Source of the DNA: Candidatus Thalassarchaeaceae archaeon
Lineage (GTDB): Archaea > Thermoplasmatota > Poseidoniia > Poseidoniales > Thalassarchaeaceae
Assembly (NCBI GenBank): GCA_023268715.1
Contig: JALRLV010000002.1
Location: 96,617-160,616 of the forward strand
DNA length: 64,000 nucleotides
Direction: 5' to 3'
The notes below the pieces were generated by a model. It ran no database searches and had not been told where the DNA came from. It was given only the letters and a program-made list of their open reading frames with translations. Each line of letters opens with the position of its first letter. Position 1 is the first letter of the stretch. The position numbers were made by a program, and so were the translations under genes. Below, piece by piece: positions 55,925 through 64,000 of the stretch.

Positions 55925-57277
55925 AATATTCAAATTGTATCTGCAGAATTCATCTTCATTCTTGGATTCAACTCGATGAACTAAGACGCCACTTTCTGGA
56001 GTATATCTCTCAGTCAGTGCTCCTTCAATAATCCCATCATCGAGTGCCCAGAGTGGAAGACTCTCAGAATCAGATGTATTGTTTGAAAGTTCTACTTTGA
56101 TGTGGAATTCGGGGTCCAGATCGTAACTTAGTTTCCCCAATCCTGCATATTCCCACCAGTCCATCATCTCATTTAGGAATTCGATATTTCCGTCTATATC
56201 TTTTAGGCTAAAGGCTAATTCTTGGCCTATGCGATTTCCTACTTGTCGGAGCAAAGAAGTCAGATCAATTCCGAAGGCATTCAGGCTCTGAATCCCCCCG
56301 GTTTCGAGCGCCCTTCGTGCTTCACTAACTTCTAACCCAGAGGCCATGAATGCATCAGGATTGAATGGGGTATCGGTCTCCGGAAGATTGTCATTAATTT
56401 CCAATACCTCTCGAATTCTCTCAAGGAATGACATACTATCGAGGGTTAATTTCAGAGGGTCGACAATCCTCTCTTCTGTGAATCTCTTTGATGCGGTCTC
56501 GAAAGGAATCGCCTCTTCCCAAATTGCATCGATTAAATTCAATTGAGATTCAGCGAAGGTTTCTGACTCAACAAATAATGCAGCATCCTCTTTTCCTCTT
56601 CCAACCGGATTTTCTTCCATAGTCAGATATTGTATGACTTCTGATGAATCTACCACTGCACCTTGAGCATCTAGGTCATCTGAGTGTTTGACCTCAATTA
56701 GGTCGTTCAATTCCCCATAGAATCTTGTTGTTCGCCTATCCAGTTGGGCTAAAACTCGGATTACGATGCCTCTTTCAGCTGCAGAGTTAACTTCTGCAAG
56801 CGCAGGATTTCTGCAGAGTTGTAGTATCCCAAATTTCCCCAAGACCAAAGTAAGGCTTTCTTCAGCATCTTCGGCCATTTTTTCTACTCTCTTCAGGATG
56901 TGGACTCTTTCTTTGAGTACTGCGAATTTAGGCTCATCAGAAATTCTCTCCTGCTCAAAAGAAGAAGTCTCTTTTCCTGAAATTAAATTTCCATAACTTT
57001 CTTCCATTCGGCTAAGTTTTTCCTTATTTATTTCAATTAAATGAGATACTACCTCGTTTATTGAAGGGCTAGAGAATCTCATCGGACGATCAGCGGTTGA
57101 GGTGACAATTCCGATTCTTTGCAACCTCTCCAAGGAATTGTATGCGTCTAGCCTGGTGGTGCCTATTTTTTTGGCTATTTCGCTTGCCTTCATGTTTGGG
57201 GTACTAGACAGAACCATCACAGTATTCACCTCTCTTTCTGAGAGGCCAGCGTCCATTAGTAGTCGTTCCCAAGTCAT
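55916..57277 (-). CDS. TrmB-family transcriptional regulator with an extended C-terminal domain
   Basis: 453 aa. The N-terminus LSEREVNTVMVLSSTPNMKASEIAKKIGTTRLDAYNSLERLQRIGIV matches the TrmB wHTH. Confidence 0.65.
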   Translation of the reverse strand: MTWERLLMDAGLSEREVNTVMVLSSTPNMKASEIAKKIGTTRLDAYNSLERLQRIGIVTSTADRPMRFSSPSINEVVSHLIEINKEKLSRMEESYGNLISGKETSSFEQERISDEPKFAVLKERVHILKRVEKMAEDAEESLTLVLGKFGILQLCRNPALAEVNSAAERGIVIRVLAQLDRRTTRFYGELNDLIEVKHSDDLDAQGAVVDSSEVIQYLTMEENPVGRGKEDAALFVESETFAESQLNLIDAIWEEAIPFETASKRFTEERIVDPLKLTLDSMSFLERIREVLEINDNLPETDTPFNPDAFMASGLEVSEARRALETGGIQSLNAFGIDLTSLLRQVGNRIGQELAFSLKDIDGNIEFLNEMMDWWEYAGLGKLSYDLDPEFHIKVELSNNTSDSESLPLWALDDGIIEGALTERYTPESGVLVHRVESKNEDEFCRYNLNISQ

Positions 57278-57281
57278 CTAA

Positions 57282-57743
57282 TCAACTCGTTACACTGCTT
57301 AGAGAGCGAAGAATCTTGGCTACGTGTTGACGAGGCCTAAAGAGCCAATCGTAGACAAAGTGGATTTTGTTATCCGGCCCAATCACGAAGGATGATTTTG
57401 AGGGGAATTTTCCTAGATGTACAGGAACTCCATAGCTCTCGGCAATTTTTCTTTCTGGATCAGAAATCAGGATGAATGGGAGCCCCAAATCCTCTTTGAA
57501 TTCCTTGTGTTCTTCCACGGTATTTTGACTTATTCCGATGATTTCGGCTGGTGGTTCGAGGGACTTGAAAATGTTGTATTGCTCCTTGAACGAAAGACAA
57601 CCCCTCTTGCATGTTGGAGAACCATCTTCGGCGTAGAAGAATAATACTTTCCAACTTCCGTCCAAGTCGCTAAGATTGAACTCGTCTCCTTCACTTGTTA
57701 GGGCAGAAAAGTCTGGCGCGGTTGTACCTACTAGCGACTGCAT
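57282..57743 (-). CDS. bcp: Peroxiredoxin (Bcp/AhpC-TSA family)
   Basis: 153 aa. Contains APDFSAL..G..FNLSD..WKVLFFYAEDGSPTCKRG (PxxxTxxC). Confidence 0.8.
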   Translation of the reverse strand: MQSLVGTTAPDFSALTSEGDEFNLSDLDGSWKVLFFYAEDGSPTCKRGCLSFKEQYNIFKSLEPPAEIIGISQNTVEEHKEFKEDLGLPFILISDPERKIAESYGVPVHLGKFPSKSSFVIGPDNKIHFVYDWLFRPRQHVAKILRSLSSVTS

Positions 57744-57773
57744 GGTATCATGGGTCCTTTGTTTTGATTTAAT

Positions 57774-58391
57774 CTAATCGAGGTCTAACAGGTGCCCCAT
57801 TCTGGCACCTTTAGTTGCAAGGTATTCACTGTTGAAATTGGATATACCGACTACGTGCTCCAACCGTTTCTGGACATGTATTCCATTTTCAATCAGGCCG
57901 TTTATCTTTAACGGATTATTTGTCATTAGACGTACTGTGTTGACTTCTAAATCCTTCAACATTTCCGCAGCTACGTCGTATGTCCTACCGTCGGCTGGCA
58001 AGCCTAGCAGAAGGTTCGCATCTAGCGTGTCATGTCCTTGATCTTGCAAAGCGTATGCCTGTATTTTCGAATAAAGGCCGATGTTTCTACCTTCCTGGCG
58101 GAGGTAAACAATTGCTCCACACCCTTCTTCTTGTATTCTGCGCATTGCGGACTCTAACTGAGGACCACAATCGCACTTCAAAGATCCGAATGCATCTCCC
58201 GTGAGGCACTCGGAATGTATCCTGACGAGGGGTGTGTTTTTTGGATTGGAAATATCCCCTGTGTACAATGTGGTGTGTTCTTTTCCATCGGGGCCCACAA
58301 ACACCCTAATTCTGAAGTTGCCATATTCTGTAGGAAGGAATGAGTCGGACTCGATTGAGAGAGGTTGATTATCGTCTATTTGTATCGTCAT
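57774..58391 (-). CDS. ribA: GTP cyclohydrolase II
   Basis: 205 aa. Contains VRIHSECLTGDAFGSLKCDCGPQL and YLRQEGRNIGL. Confidence 0.9.
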   Translation of the reverse strand: MTIQIDDNQPLSIESDSFLPTEYGNFRIRVFVGPDGKEHTTLYTGDISNPKNTPLVRIHSECLTGDAFGSLKCDCGPQLESAMRRIQEEGCGAIVYLRQEGRNIGLYSKIQAYALQDQGHDTLDANLLLGLPADGRTYDVAAEMLKDLEVNTVRLMTNNPLKINGLIENGIHVQKRLEHVVGISNFNSEYLATKGARMGHLLDLD

Positions 58392-58459
58392 TCAATTGCA
58401 ACGTTGGTGCTCTGCCTTATCAAACACTGTTTTTGTAGGGCATTGTGTACAAACACTGG

Positions 58460-58468
58460 ATTATATAG
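58460..58468 (+). promoter_or_regulatory. TATA-box-like element (ATTATATAG) upstream of the photolyase start
   Basis: It lies ~23-31 nt upstream of the ATG at 58491, a spacing consistent with a leaderless archaeal transcript. Confidence 0.4.
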
Positions 58469-58490
58469 ACGAGGTAAGTGTAAAATCTCG

Positions 58491-60035
58491 ATGGACCGGC
58501 AGATTTCCGAGGATTTGCCTAGCGGTCAAGCTCGTGTTCATCGTCTAAACCAACTGCCTGTGAATCCAGATGGTGACTTCGTTCTCTATTGGATGACAGC
58601 AGCCAGAAGGTATCATTACAACTCTGCACTGGAGTATTCGATAAATCTCGCCACCAAATTAGCAAAGCCATTGTTGATTGTCGAAGCAGTCTCAATTCGG
58701 CATCGTTGGTCGAGTGATAGAATTCTTACTTTCTTTTCACAGGGCATCATTGACAACAAGGCCATCTTCTCGTCAAATGGACTGACTTACATTCCATGGG
58801 TCGAGACTCACAAACAAACTGGAAACGGTTTACTTCGAAAGTTATCTTCTCATTCCAGTTCTGTAGTGATAGATGACTTCCCTACCTACTTGCCCAGAGA
58901 AGTCATGCGTCAGGCTGCAAAATTCTGCAGGGTTCGTTTGGATGCTGTGGACTCTAACGGGATATTGCCAATGAGGTGGGCTGATCGAGCATTCCCCACC
59001 GCGTATTCATTCAGAAAATACATGCAGCGAAACCTGATCAGCGCCTTGGCCACACTGCCTGCCTTCGATCCTATGAAAAATGTCAAAGCTGATTTACGTC
59101 TTTCCGACACATACACAGAGAAGTTATTCTCTGAGTGCGATAGTCCAATTACGCCATACGAATGGTTGTGGAGAGTAGCCCAAGCTGGCGATATTGGCAA
59201 GGAAGCTTGTGCTCCCCTAGACATCGACCATAAAGTCCCTCCAGTCAATTCCAAACAAGGCGGACGATACGAAGCAATTGCCAGGCTCGAAAGATTCCTA
59301 AAGAACGACTTAGAGGTATATGACACAGGAAGAAATAACCCTGATGACTCAGCAAGTAGCGGCCTTTCACCTTGGCTTCACTTCGGACATATATCATCAA
59401 TTGAAGTAGTCAATGCGGTTTTGAACCGTTCTGGATGGGACCCAACAAAAATTTCGATTGAGGATACCGGGAGAGGAACAAGAAGTGGATGGTGGGGTTT
59501 ACCAGAAGCTCACGAAGCCTTCCTAGACCAAATTATCACATGGCGTGAACTTGGATTCAACTTCGCCCATTACAGAGAAGACCATGCGTCAATAGATTCG
59601 ATTCCAGATTGGGCTAAGGTGTCTCTAGATTTGCATTCTTCTGATCCTCGAGAAGAATATACATTCGAACAAATTGAGAATGCAGAAACCAGCGATGAAA
59701 TATGGAACGCTGCGCAAAGACAATTGGTACGGAGTGGCCATATTGATAATTACCTCAGAATGCTCTGGGGTAAGAGAATTCTAGAGTGGGCTCCAAATCC
59801 CGAAAAAGCCGCTGAATGGATGATTAAAATCAATGACAGATGGGCTCTAGATGGTAGAGATCCTAATTCATACACGGGTATTTTCTGGGTGCTGGGAAGA
59901 CATGATAGAGCATGGGGCCCAGAGAGGCCAATTTTTGGTAAAGTACGTTACATGTCTTCAAAGAACACAAGAAAAAAATTGCCCCTAGAGAGATATCTTG
60001 CTCGCTGGGCTGAAGACGCTCCAATTCCAAAGTGA
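58491..60035 (+). CDS. phr: Deoxyribodipyrimidine (CPD) photolyase, class II
   Basis: Contains FVLYWM, DLEVYDTGRNNPDDSASSGLSPWLHFGHIS, ELGFNF, NYLRMLWGKRILEW and DGRDPNSYTGIFW. The ATG at 58491 is preferred over the track start at 58365, which overlaps ribA. Confidence 0.9.
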   Translation: MDRQISEDLPSGQARVHRLNQLPVNPDGDFVLYWMTAARRYHYNSALEYSINLATKLAKPLLIVEAVSIRHRWSSDRILTFFSQGIIDNKAIFSSNGLTYIPWVETHKQTGNGLLRKLSSHSSSVVIDDFPTYLPREVMRQAAKFCRVRLDAVDSNGILPMRWADRAFPTAYSFRKYMQRNLISALATLPAFDPMKNVKADLRLSDTYTEKLFSECDSPITPYEWLWRVAQAGDIGKEACAPLDIDHKVPPVNSKQGGRYEAIARLERFLKNDLEVYDTGRNNPDDSASSGLSPWLHFGHISSIEVVNAVLNRSGWDPTKISIEDTGRGTRSGWWGLPEAHEAFLDQIITWRELGFNFAHYREDHASIDSIPDWAKVSLDLHSSDPREEYTFEQIENAETSDEIWNAAQRQLVRSGHIDNYLRMLWGKRILEWAPNPEKAAEWMIKINDRWALDGRDPNSYTGIFWVLGRHDRAWGPERPIFGKVRYMSSKNTRKKLPLERYLARWAEDAPIPK

Positions 60036-60047
60036 GGGGGGAATAAG

Positions 60048-61436
60048 TTGTACAAATATGAGCACAATACAGTAGTTGAATCTAATATTGAAACCACATT
60101 CGATTGGTTCGAGCATGAAGGCTCTTTTCGAAGATTAATGCCTCCTTGGGAAGTAGCCGAAGAAGTTAGAGCAGATGAAACCCTAGAAGTAGGGTCACAG
60201 AGAATTTTTCGTTTCCCTATGGGGCCAGTGAAGATGACCTGGGTTGCTGAACACACAGCATATGACCCCCCCCATCATTTTGCAGACAAAATGGTCAAAG
60301 GACCATTTTGGCGATGGCATCATGACCACAATCTCCACGAGGTAAATGGTGTAACGACCGTAACCGATGAAGTAAGCTACCAAGTTCCATTTGGGCCACT
60401 AGGTAATCTCGCGGACACAATATTAGGAGGGGCTCTGGTTAAAGGTCGAATCACTCGAATGTTCAAGGCTAGAGAACTTCGTCTTCAACGTGATTTACAA
60501 CAACATGGCAAATTCGCAAAACAAGCGAGAAAAAAGGTCTTGATAGCTGGATCTTCTGGTTGCATAGGCACTCAACTTGTCGCGTTTCTAGACACTGGTG
60601 GTCACGAAGTTTGGAGATTAGTACGTCGACCTGCAATAGTTGGTGCACAGGAATTGGAATGGTATCCCGATAAGGGAGAACTCGATGCAAGTATTCTCGA
60701 GGGATTTGATGTAATCATTCATCTCGGTGGTGTTGGAATAGGCGACAAGCGATGGAATAAACGCAGAAAACAGATGATTCGAGATAGTCGTGTAAACAGC
60801 ACAAAATTACTTGCGGATGCAATTTCTTCTTTAGAAAATAAACCAGAATGTCTGATGATAGCAAGTGCTGTTGGCTGGTATGGTGACAGAGGGGATGAGC
60901 AACTAACAGAAGATAGCACTCCAGGAGAAGGTTTCCTGCCAGATATTTGTAGAGAATGGGAAGATGCTGCATCAACTGTTGAAGAATCAGGAGTAAGGAC
61001 TGTTTTTCTTCGAACTGGTATAGTCCTAACCGCGACAGCAGGGGCTCTTGGAAAAATGCTATTTCCCTTCAAAATGGGAGCAGGCGGTCCAATTGGAAAT
61101 GGAAAACAATGGATGTCTTGGATATCTCTTGATGACGAAATATATGCGATTAATCACCTAATGATGAATACTGATTCCAAAGGAGTATACAACTTGTCTG
61201 CTCCAAATCCGATTGAGCAGAAAAAATTCGCAAAGACTCTGGGTAGAGTATTGCGAAGGCCCGCCTTCGCTCCTTTACCTAGATTCGTCGTCAAGATTCT
61301 CTTTGGTGAAATGGGGGAGAAACTCACTCTAGAGAGTCAGAGAGTATTGCCTGCTAGATTAACATCAGAGGGCTATCAATTCATTCACGAAGACCTTGAA
61401 AAGGGTTTGAGGGATACTTTGGGACTCTGGAAATAA
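60048..61436 (+). CDS. Fusion of an SRPBCC (START-like) domain with a YfcH/TIGR01777-type NAD(P)-binding epimerase-family domain (DUF1731 C-terminus)
   Basis: 462 aa with a TTG start. The N-terminal ~150 aa are SRPBCC-like, followed by VLIAGSSGCIGTQL (GxxGxxG). WYGDRGDE and WISLDDE blocks are typical of YfcH. Confidence 0.7.
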   Translation: MYKYEHNTVVESNIETTFDWFEHEGSFRRLMPPWEVAEEVRADETLEVGSQRIFRFPMGPVKMTWVAEHTAYDPPHHFADKMVKGPFWRWHHDHNLHEVNGVTTVTDEVSYQVPFGPLGNLADTILGGALVKGRITRMFKARELRLQRDLQQHGKFAKQARKKVLIAGSSGCIGTQLVAFLDTGGHEVWRLVRRPAIVGAQELEWYPDKGELDASILEGFDVIIHLGGVGIGDKRWNKRRKQMIRDSRVNSTKLLADAISSLENKPECLMIASAVGWYGDRGDEQLTEDSTPGEGFLPDICREWEDAASTVEESGVRTVFLRTGIVLTATAGALGKMLFPFKMGAGGPIGNGKQWMSWISLDDEIYAINHLMMNTDSKGVYNLSAPNPIEQKKFAKTLGRVLRRPAFAPLPRFVVKILFGEMGEKLTLESQRVLPARLTSEGYQFIHEDLEKGLRDTLGLWK

Positions 61437-61438
61437 AT

Positions 61439-61669
61439 TCAGATTGGAGTCTTAAACCCGAGGGCCCTGACGACGCACCAACCAGTACGACCTTCGAAAA
61501 TGGCAAATGCTCCACCTGCGAATGCTCCAGCAGGCACAACCCAAGCTAATTCAGGGGCGTTGATTAGGAAGCATGTCGCTGCTAAACCGAATGAGGAAAG
61601 CACACCCATAATGCCCAATCGAAGCCTAACGGCCTTACCACGAGCATCGATATTGCATTGAAGTGCCAT
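61439..61669 (-). CDS. DUF2892 (YgaP-like) small membrane protein
   Basis: 76 aa with two TM helices. It ends in GRTGWCVVRALGFK, which resembles the DUF2892 C-terminal Cys motif. Confidence 0.5.
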   Translation of the reverse strand: MALQCNIDARGKAVRLRLGIMGVLSSFGLAATCFLINAPELAWVVPAGAFAGGAFAIFEGRTGWCVVRALGFKTPI

Positions 61670-61723
61670 GAAAACATGACCATAATCTAGGATATTAAGG
61701 CCTGTTTTACAAATTGAATGCTA

Positions 61724-62896
61724 TTAATCACGTGAACGGTCATCGATTTGTAGGCCTGGAAGTCCGCGAAATATTCTCCATTTACCGCGCAGTACACCGA
61801 TTCCATAATTCCAATGAAGGGTATAGGTGACGATTGAAGAGAGAAAAATGGTCCAAGCAGATTTACTTGGTGAATTTCCCTTCGCTGAACCATACCAAGC
61901 AAGCAGATTGTACAAAATAATTAGAGTTGGAAGAGTATGAACGGCGATTCTACCAATTCCCATAGGAACTCGTTCCAAACTGATGTCCCAGAAATCCGGC
62001 CACGCCAATCCTCCATTCATCGCACCCCAAAAAAATAATGCAAACGCTGCAATAACTATCGGAGGGAATGCTGCAACCATTGAATGAGTAAATGCGTGTA
62101 GTTCTCGATATTGGTTACTTGCTAGAGTTCTGACGAGTCCATAATTTCCTATTTGTTTCTTTACGCTTGAAAGGTTTCTGCGTCGGTGCCACATTATCGC
62201 AGTTCTATCAGTCCACAATTTATGACCAGCCATTCTAATTCGATGGTCGAGCATAACATCTTCTGCTCCGATTGCACCCTGATCAAATCCACCTACTTCT
62301 TCCAAAACTGAGCGCCTATATGCAGAATTAACTCCTGGTAGTTGAGATACTTCTGATAATTCGGAATCACCGACCTTTCCGTAATTTGTACCTGCGGTAA
62401 AAATCGTAGAGCAGAATGCGACATCGATTACACTTTGCCAAAGAGTTGATTCTTCAACAGGAGCGAAATTAGGACCACCCACTCCTGCAACATCATTTCT
62501 CTCAAACCATCGAACTAATTTCGCCACCCAATCCTCAGGTACGATTACATCATCATCGGTAAAGAGAACCAAATCTGAAGATGAGGCTTCAATTGCAACA
62601 TTACAAGCATCAGCCCTTGTTCTAGACCCGGAGTCATCGACAAATCGAATACCCTTACTTTCTGCAACTGACTTTCCAGGGTCGTTACCAGGTCCAACTA
62701 CAATGATTTCCAGTGGCCCAGCATAAGTTTGATTGGACAATCCATCTAAAGCAATTTCCAATTCTTTGGAATTACGAACACTCGGTATGATTACACATAC
62801 AGAGGGCTCACTCATGAATTGGCCGAAACCGCTCTCGCTTTCAAGCACACTCACAATATGACAGGGGGGAATGTCATCATGGGTCATTACTGACAC
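61724..62896 (-). CDS. Family 2 glycosyltransferase with C-terminal TM helices
   Basis: Contains VCVIIPSVRN, LFTDDD (DxD) and a QxxRW-like WHRRR. The track start at 62896 overlaps the PCNA 3' end by 20 nt. The ATG at 62815 (MSEPSVCVIIPS) is a plausible alternative. Confidence 0.8.
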   Translation of the reverse strand: MSVMTHDDIPPCHIVSVLESESGFGQFMSEPSVCVIIPSVRNSKELEIALDGLSNQTYAGPLEIIVVGPGNDPGKSVAESKGIRFVDDSGSRTRADACNVAIEASSSDLVLFTDDDVIVPEDWVAKLVRWFERNDVAGVGGPNFAPVEESTLWQSVIDVAFCSTIFTAGTNYGKVGDSELSEVSQLPGVNSAYRRSVLEEVGGFDQGAIGAEDVMLDHRIRMAGHKLWTDRTAIMWHRRRNLSSVKKQIGNYGLVRTLASNQYRELHAFTHSMVAAFPPIVIAAFALFFWGAMNGGLAWPDFWDISLERVPMGIGRIAVHTLPTLIILYNLLAWYGSAKGNSPSKSAWTIFLSSIVTYTLHWNYGIGVLRGKWRIFRGLPGLQIDDRSRD

Positions 62897-63626
62897 GTGG
62901 CGCTAGGAAGTATGTCCAAGATGCGCCGCCTTCATTTGAATTCCATGAAAGTCGTAAAGGATAACGGTCTTGGAACTCAACAGTAACTTCCTCTGTTAGA
63001 CCGCTAGCCAACTTCCGGCTAAGTGGGTCAAGGAATTGGAGAGAATAGGTTGAGGCTGTAGGCTTTGGAGCGACTAACTCGGACATTTCGCCAGCATCGA
63101 AGCGAACATTTACTCCTTCGCCAGCTTCTACGGTAACTGATACAGTCATCTGATTCTTATCGAGGCTCAAGTCGACTAATTCTCCAACAAACTTTGCAGC
63201 GCGAAGGGCTCTCGATAGCCTGTCCGCACTCAAAGTCGCTTTGCATTCGAAGTCTAAATCAGGTTGTCGTGGCTCATTGATTGAGCCGGTATCCAGTCCG
63301 CGAAGAATTCGATGAACCTCCCCCACTCGGACATTGATTGCTCCTGTTGCACCATCATAATCCAACTCAACCAAATCGTTTGGTCCAGCCAGAGTTAGAA
63401 GATCGCGAAGCTTACCGAGTTCTAGGCCGATCTCAACCGGCTCGACTTCGTATGTCTCGAAGCAAGCATCTGCTACGGTAACCGATAGCAATGCAACATG
63501 GGAGCCGTCAACAACGGTCGTGCTCAAGCCATTTTCACCCCAACTTAATTTGGCTTCTTCAGTAAGAACTGATAGCAGATCGACGATTTCTCGCATAAGT
63601 TGCTGTTTGGCAGTGACTCTAAGCAT
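62877..63626 (-). CDS. pcn: DNA polymerase sliding clamp PCNA
   Basis: 249 aa with a two-domain pattern. The C-terminus is YFLAPRVSND, typical of archaeal PCNA. Confidence 0.9.
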   Translation of the reverse strand: MLRVTAKQQLMREIVDLLSVLTEEAKLSWGENGLSTTVVDGSHVALLSVTVADACFETYEVEPVEIGLELGKLRDLLTLAGPNDLVELDYDGATGAINVRVGEVHRILRGLDTGSINEPRQPDLDFECKATLSADRLSRALRAAKFVGELVDLSLDKNQMTVSVTVEAGEGVNVRFDAGEMSELVAPKPTASTYSLQFLDPLSRKLASGLTEEVTVEFQDRYPLRLSWNSNEGGASWTYFLAPRVSNDP

Positions 63627-63706
63627 CCCAACACCTACCTAAGTCCCCTCCAACGGGGGGTTCTTCATGGTTCGCTAATGAGATTCCAGACTATATTAAC
63701 TGAATA

Positions 63707-63725
63707 CGACCCACATAGTGGGTCG
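63707..63725 (-). terminator. Hairpin CGACCCAC-ATA-GTGGGTCG just downstream of the TFS-like gene
   Basis: It has an 8-bp stem and lies 10 nt beyond the stop at 63735. A TATA-like TTAATATA for pcn (minus strand, 63692-63699) follows. Confidence 0.3.
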
Positions 63726-63734
63726 GTAGAGTAA

Positions 63735-63983
63735 TCATTGATACTCACGGAATTTGTGCCCACAACTCTCGCAAGTGCATATTTTTGTCTCTGGTTCATC
63801 ACTTGATCGAGTTTGCATTAGTACGACAAAAATTCGATCTTCATCGCACTCTGGACAAAGATAATCACCAACCCAGAGAGTTCCTTTAGCGACTTCTTCT
63901 TCGACAACTTCGGTAAGGTGTTTGAGGTCCTTTGCGGATGAAGAAGCGGTAGCTTTGGATAAATCGACGGTTTCTCCAGTCAT
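63735..63983 (-). CDS. tfs: Transcription factor S / RpoM-type C-terminal zinc-ribbon protein (possibly N-terminally truncated by the window edge)
   Basis: Contains CPECDEDRIFVVLMQTRSSDEPETKICTCESCGHKFREY, i.e. a C4 ribbon with the QTRSxDEP acidic hairpin. The reading frame stays open from 63983 to the window end, so an upstream N-terminal ribbon cannot be excluded. Confidence 0.75.
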   Translation of the reverse strand: MTGETVDLSKATASSSAKDLKHLTEVVEEEVAKGTLWVGDYLCPECDEDRIFVVLMQTRSSDEPETKICTCESCGHKFREYQ

Positions 63984-64000
63984 TGGGTCTGTGAATTCCG

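Noticed and set aside
58365-58490. A 42-codon N-terminal extension of the photolyase ORF.
   Set aside because: It overlaps the ribA start on the opposite strand and encodes Cys/Leu-rich junk. It also contains the TATA-like box. The ATG at 58491 matches the family N-terminus.
62877-62896. A 20-nt overlap between the PCNA 3' end and the glycosyltransferase start, considered as possible programmed coupling.
   Set aside because: It is probably an artefact of choosing the longest ORF. The ATG at 62815, directly before the GT2 VCVIIPS core, removes the overlap.
1-64000. A search for CRISPR arrays, IS elements, rRNA genes, toxin-antitoxin pairs and restriction-modification genes.
   Set aside because: I saw no regularly spaced direct repeats, no transposase or integrase motifs, no rRNA-like conserved stretches, and no methyltransferase or nuclease signatures. 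The only tandem DNA repeat found is the coding 18-nt MPPPPG repeat at 21527-21577.

Overview
The window is a densely packed, gene-rich chromosomal segment from an archaeon. The archaeal markers are a thermosome, Orc1/Cdc6, PCNA, a TFS-type zinc ribbon, Bud32, and an archaeal DUF359-type dephospho-CoA kinase. Alongside them sit many bacterial- or eukaryal-type metabolic genes: DnaK, GlpX, class I FBP aldolase, beta-oxidation enzymes, secreted M14/M17 peptidases and a class II photolyase. This mix, together with the very acidic proteins, is consistent with a marine heterotrophic euryarchaeote such as Marine Group II (Poseidoniales). That placement is inference only.

I support about 60 CDS, two tRNA-Gly genes (GCC and UCC, both with encoded CCA), and one roughly 320-nt GC-rich ORF-free region that folds like an RNase P RNA. 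I also call a likely replication origin next to orc1/cdc6.

I saw no rRNA, CRISPR array, transposase, integrase or obvious prophage.

The regions most worth a second look are:
- a PaaA/BoxB-like diiron oxygenase embedded in an acyl-CoA catabolic island (21.6-29.5 kb);
- an orphan module of one 872-aa wHTH protein divergent from two tandem small paralogues, with inverted repeats in the shared promoter (35.0-38.4 kb);
- a three-gene operon containing a divergent TBP-fold protein (50.6-52.9 kb);
- an EF-Tu-like protein with all G motifs degenerate;
- a fused PPAT-DPCK;
- an Mrp/NBP35 ATPase whose CxxC motif is replaced by an Ig-like insert.

All product calls rest on motif recognition by eye. No database search was run.
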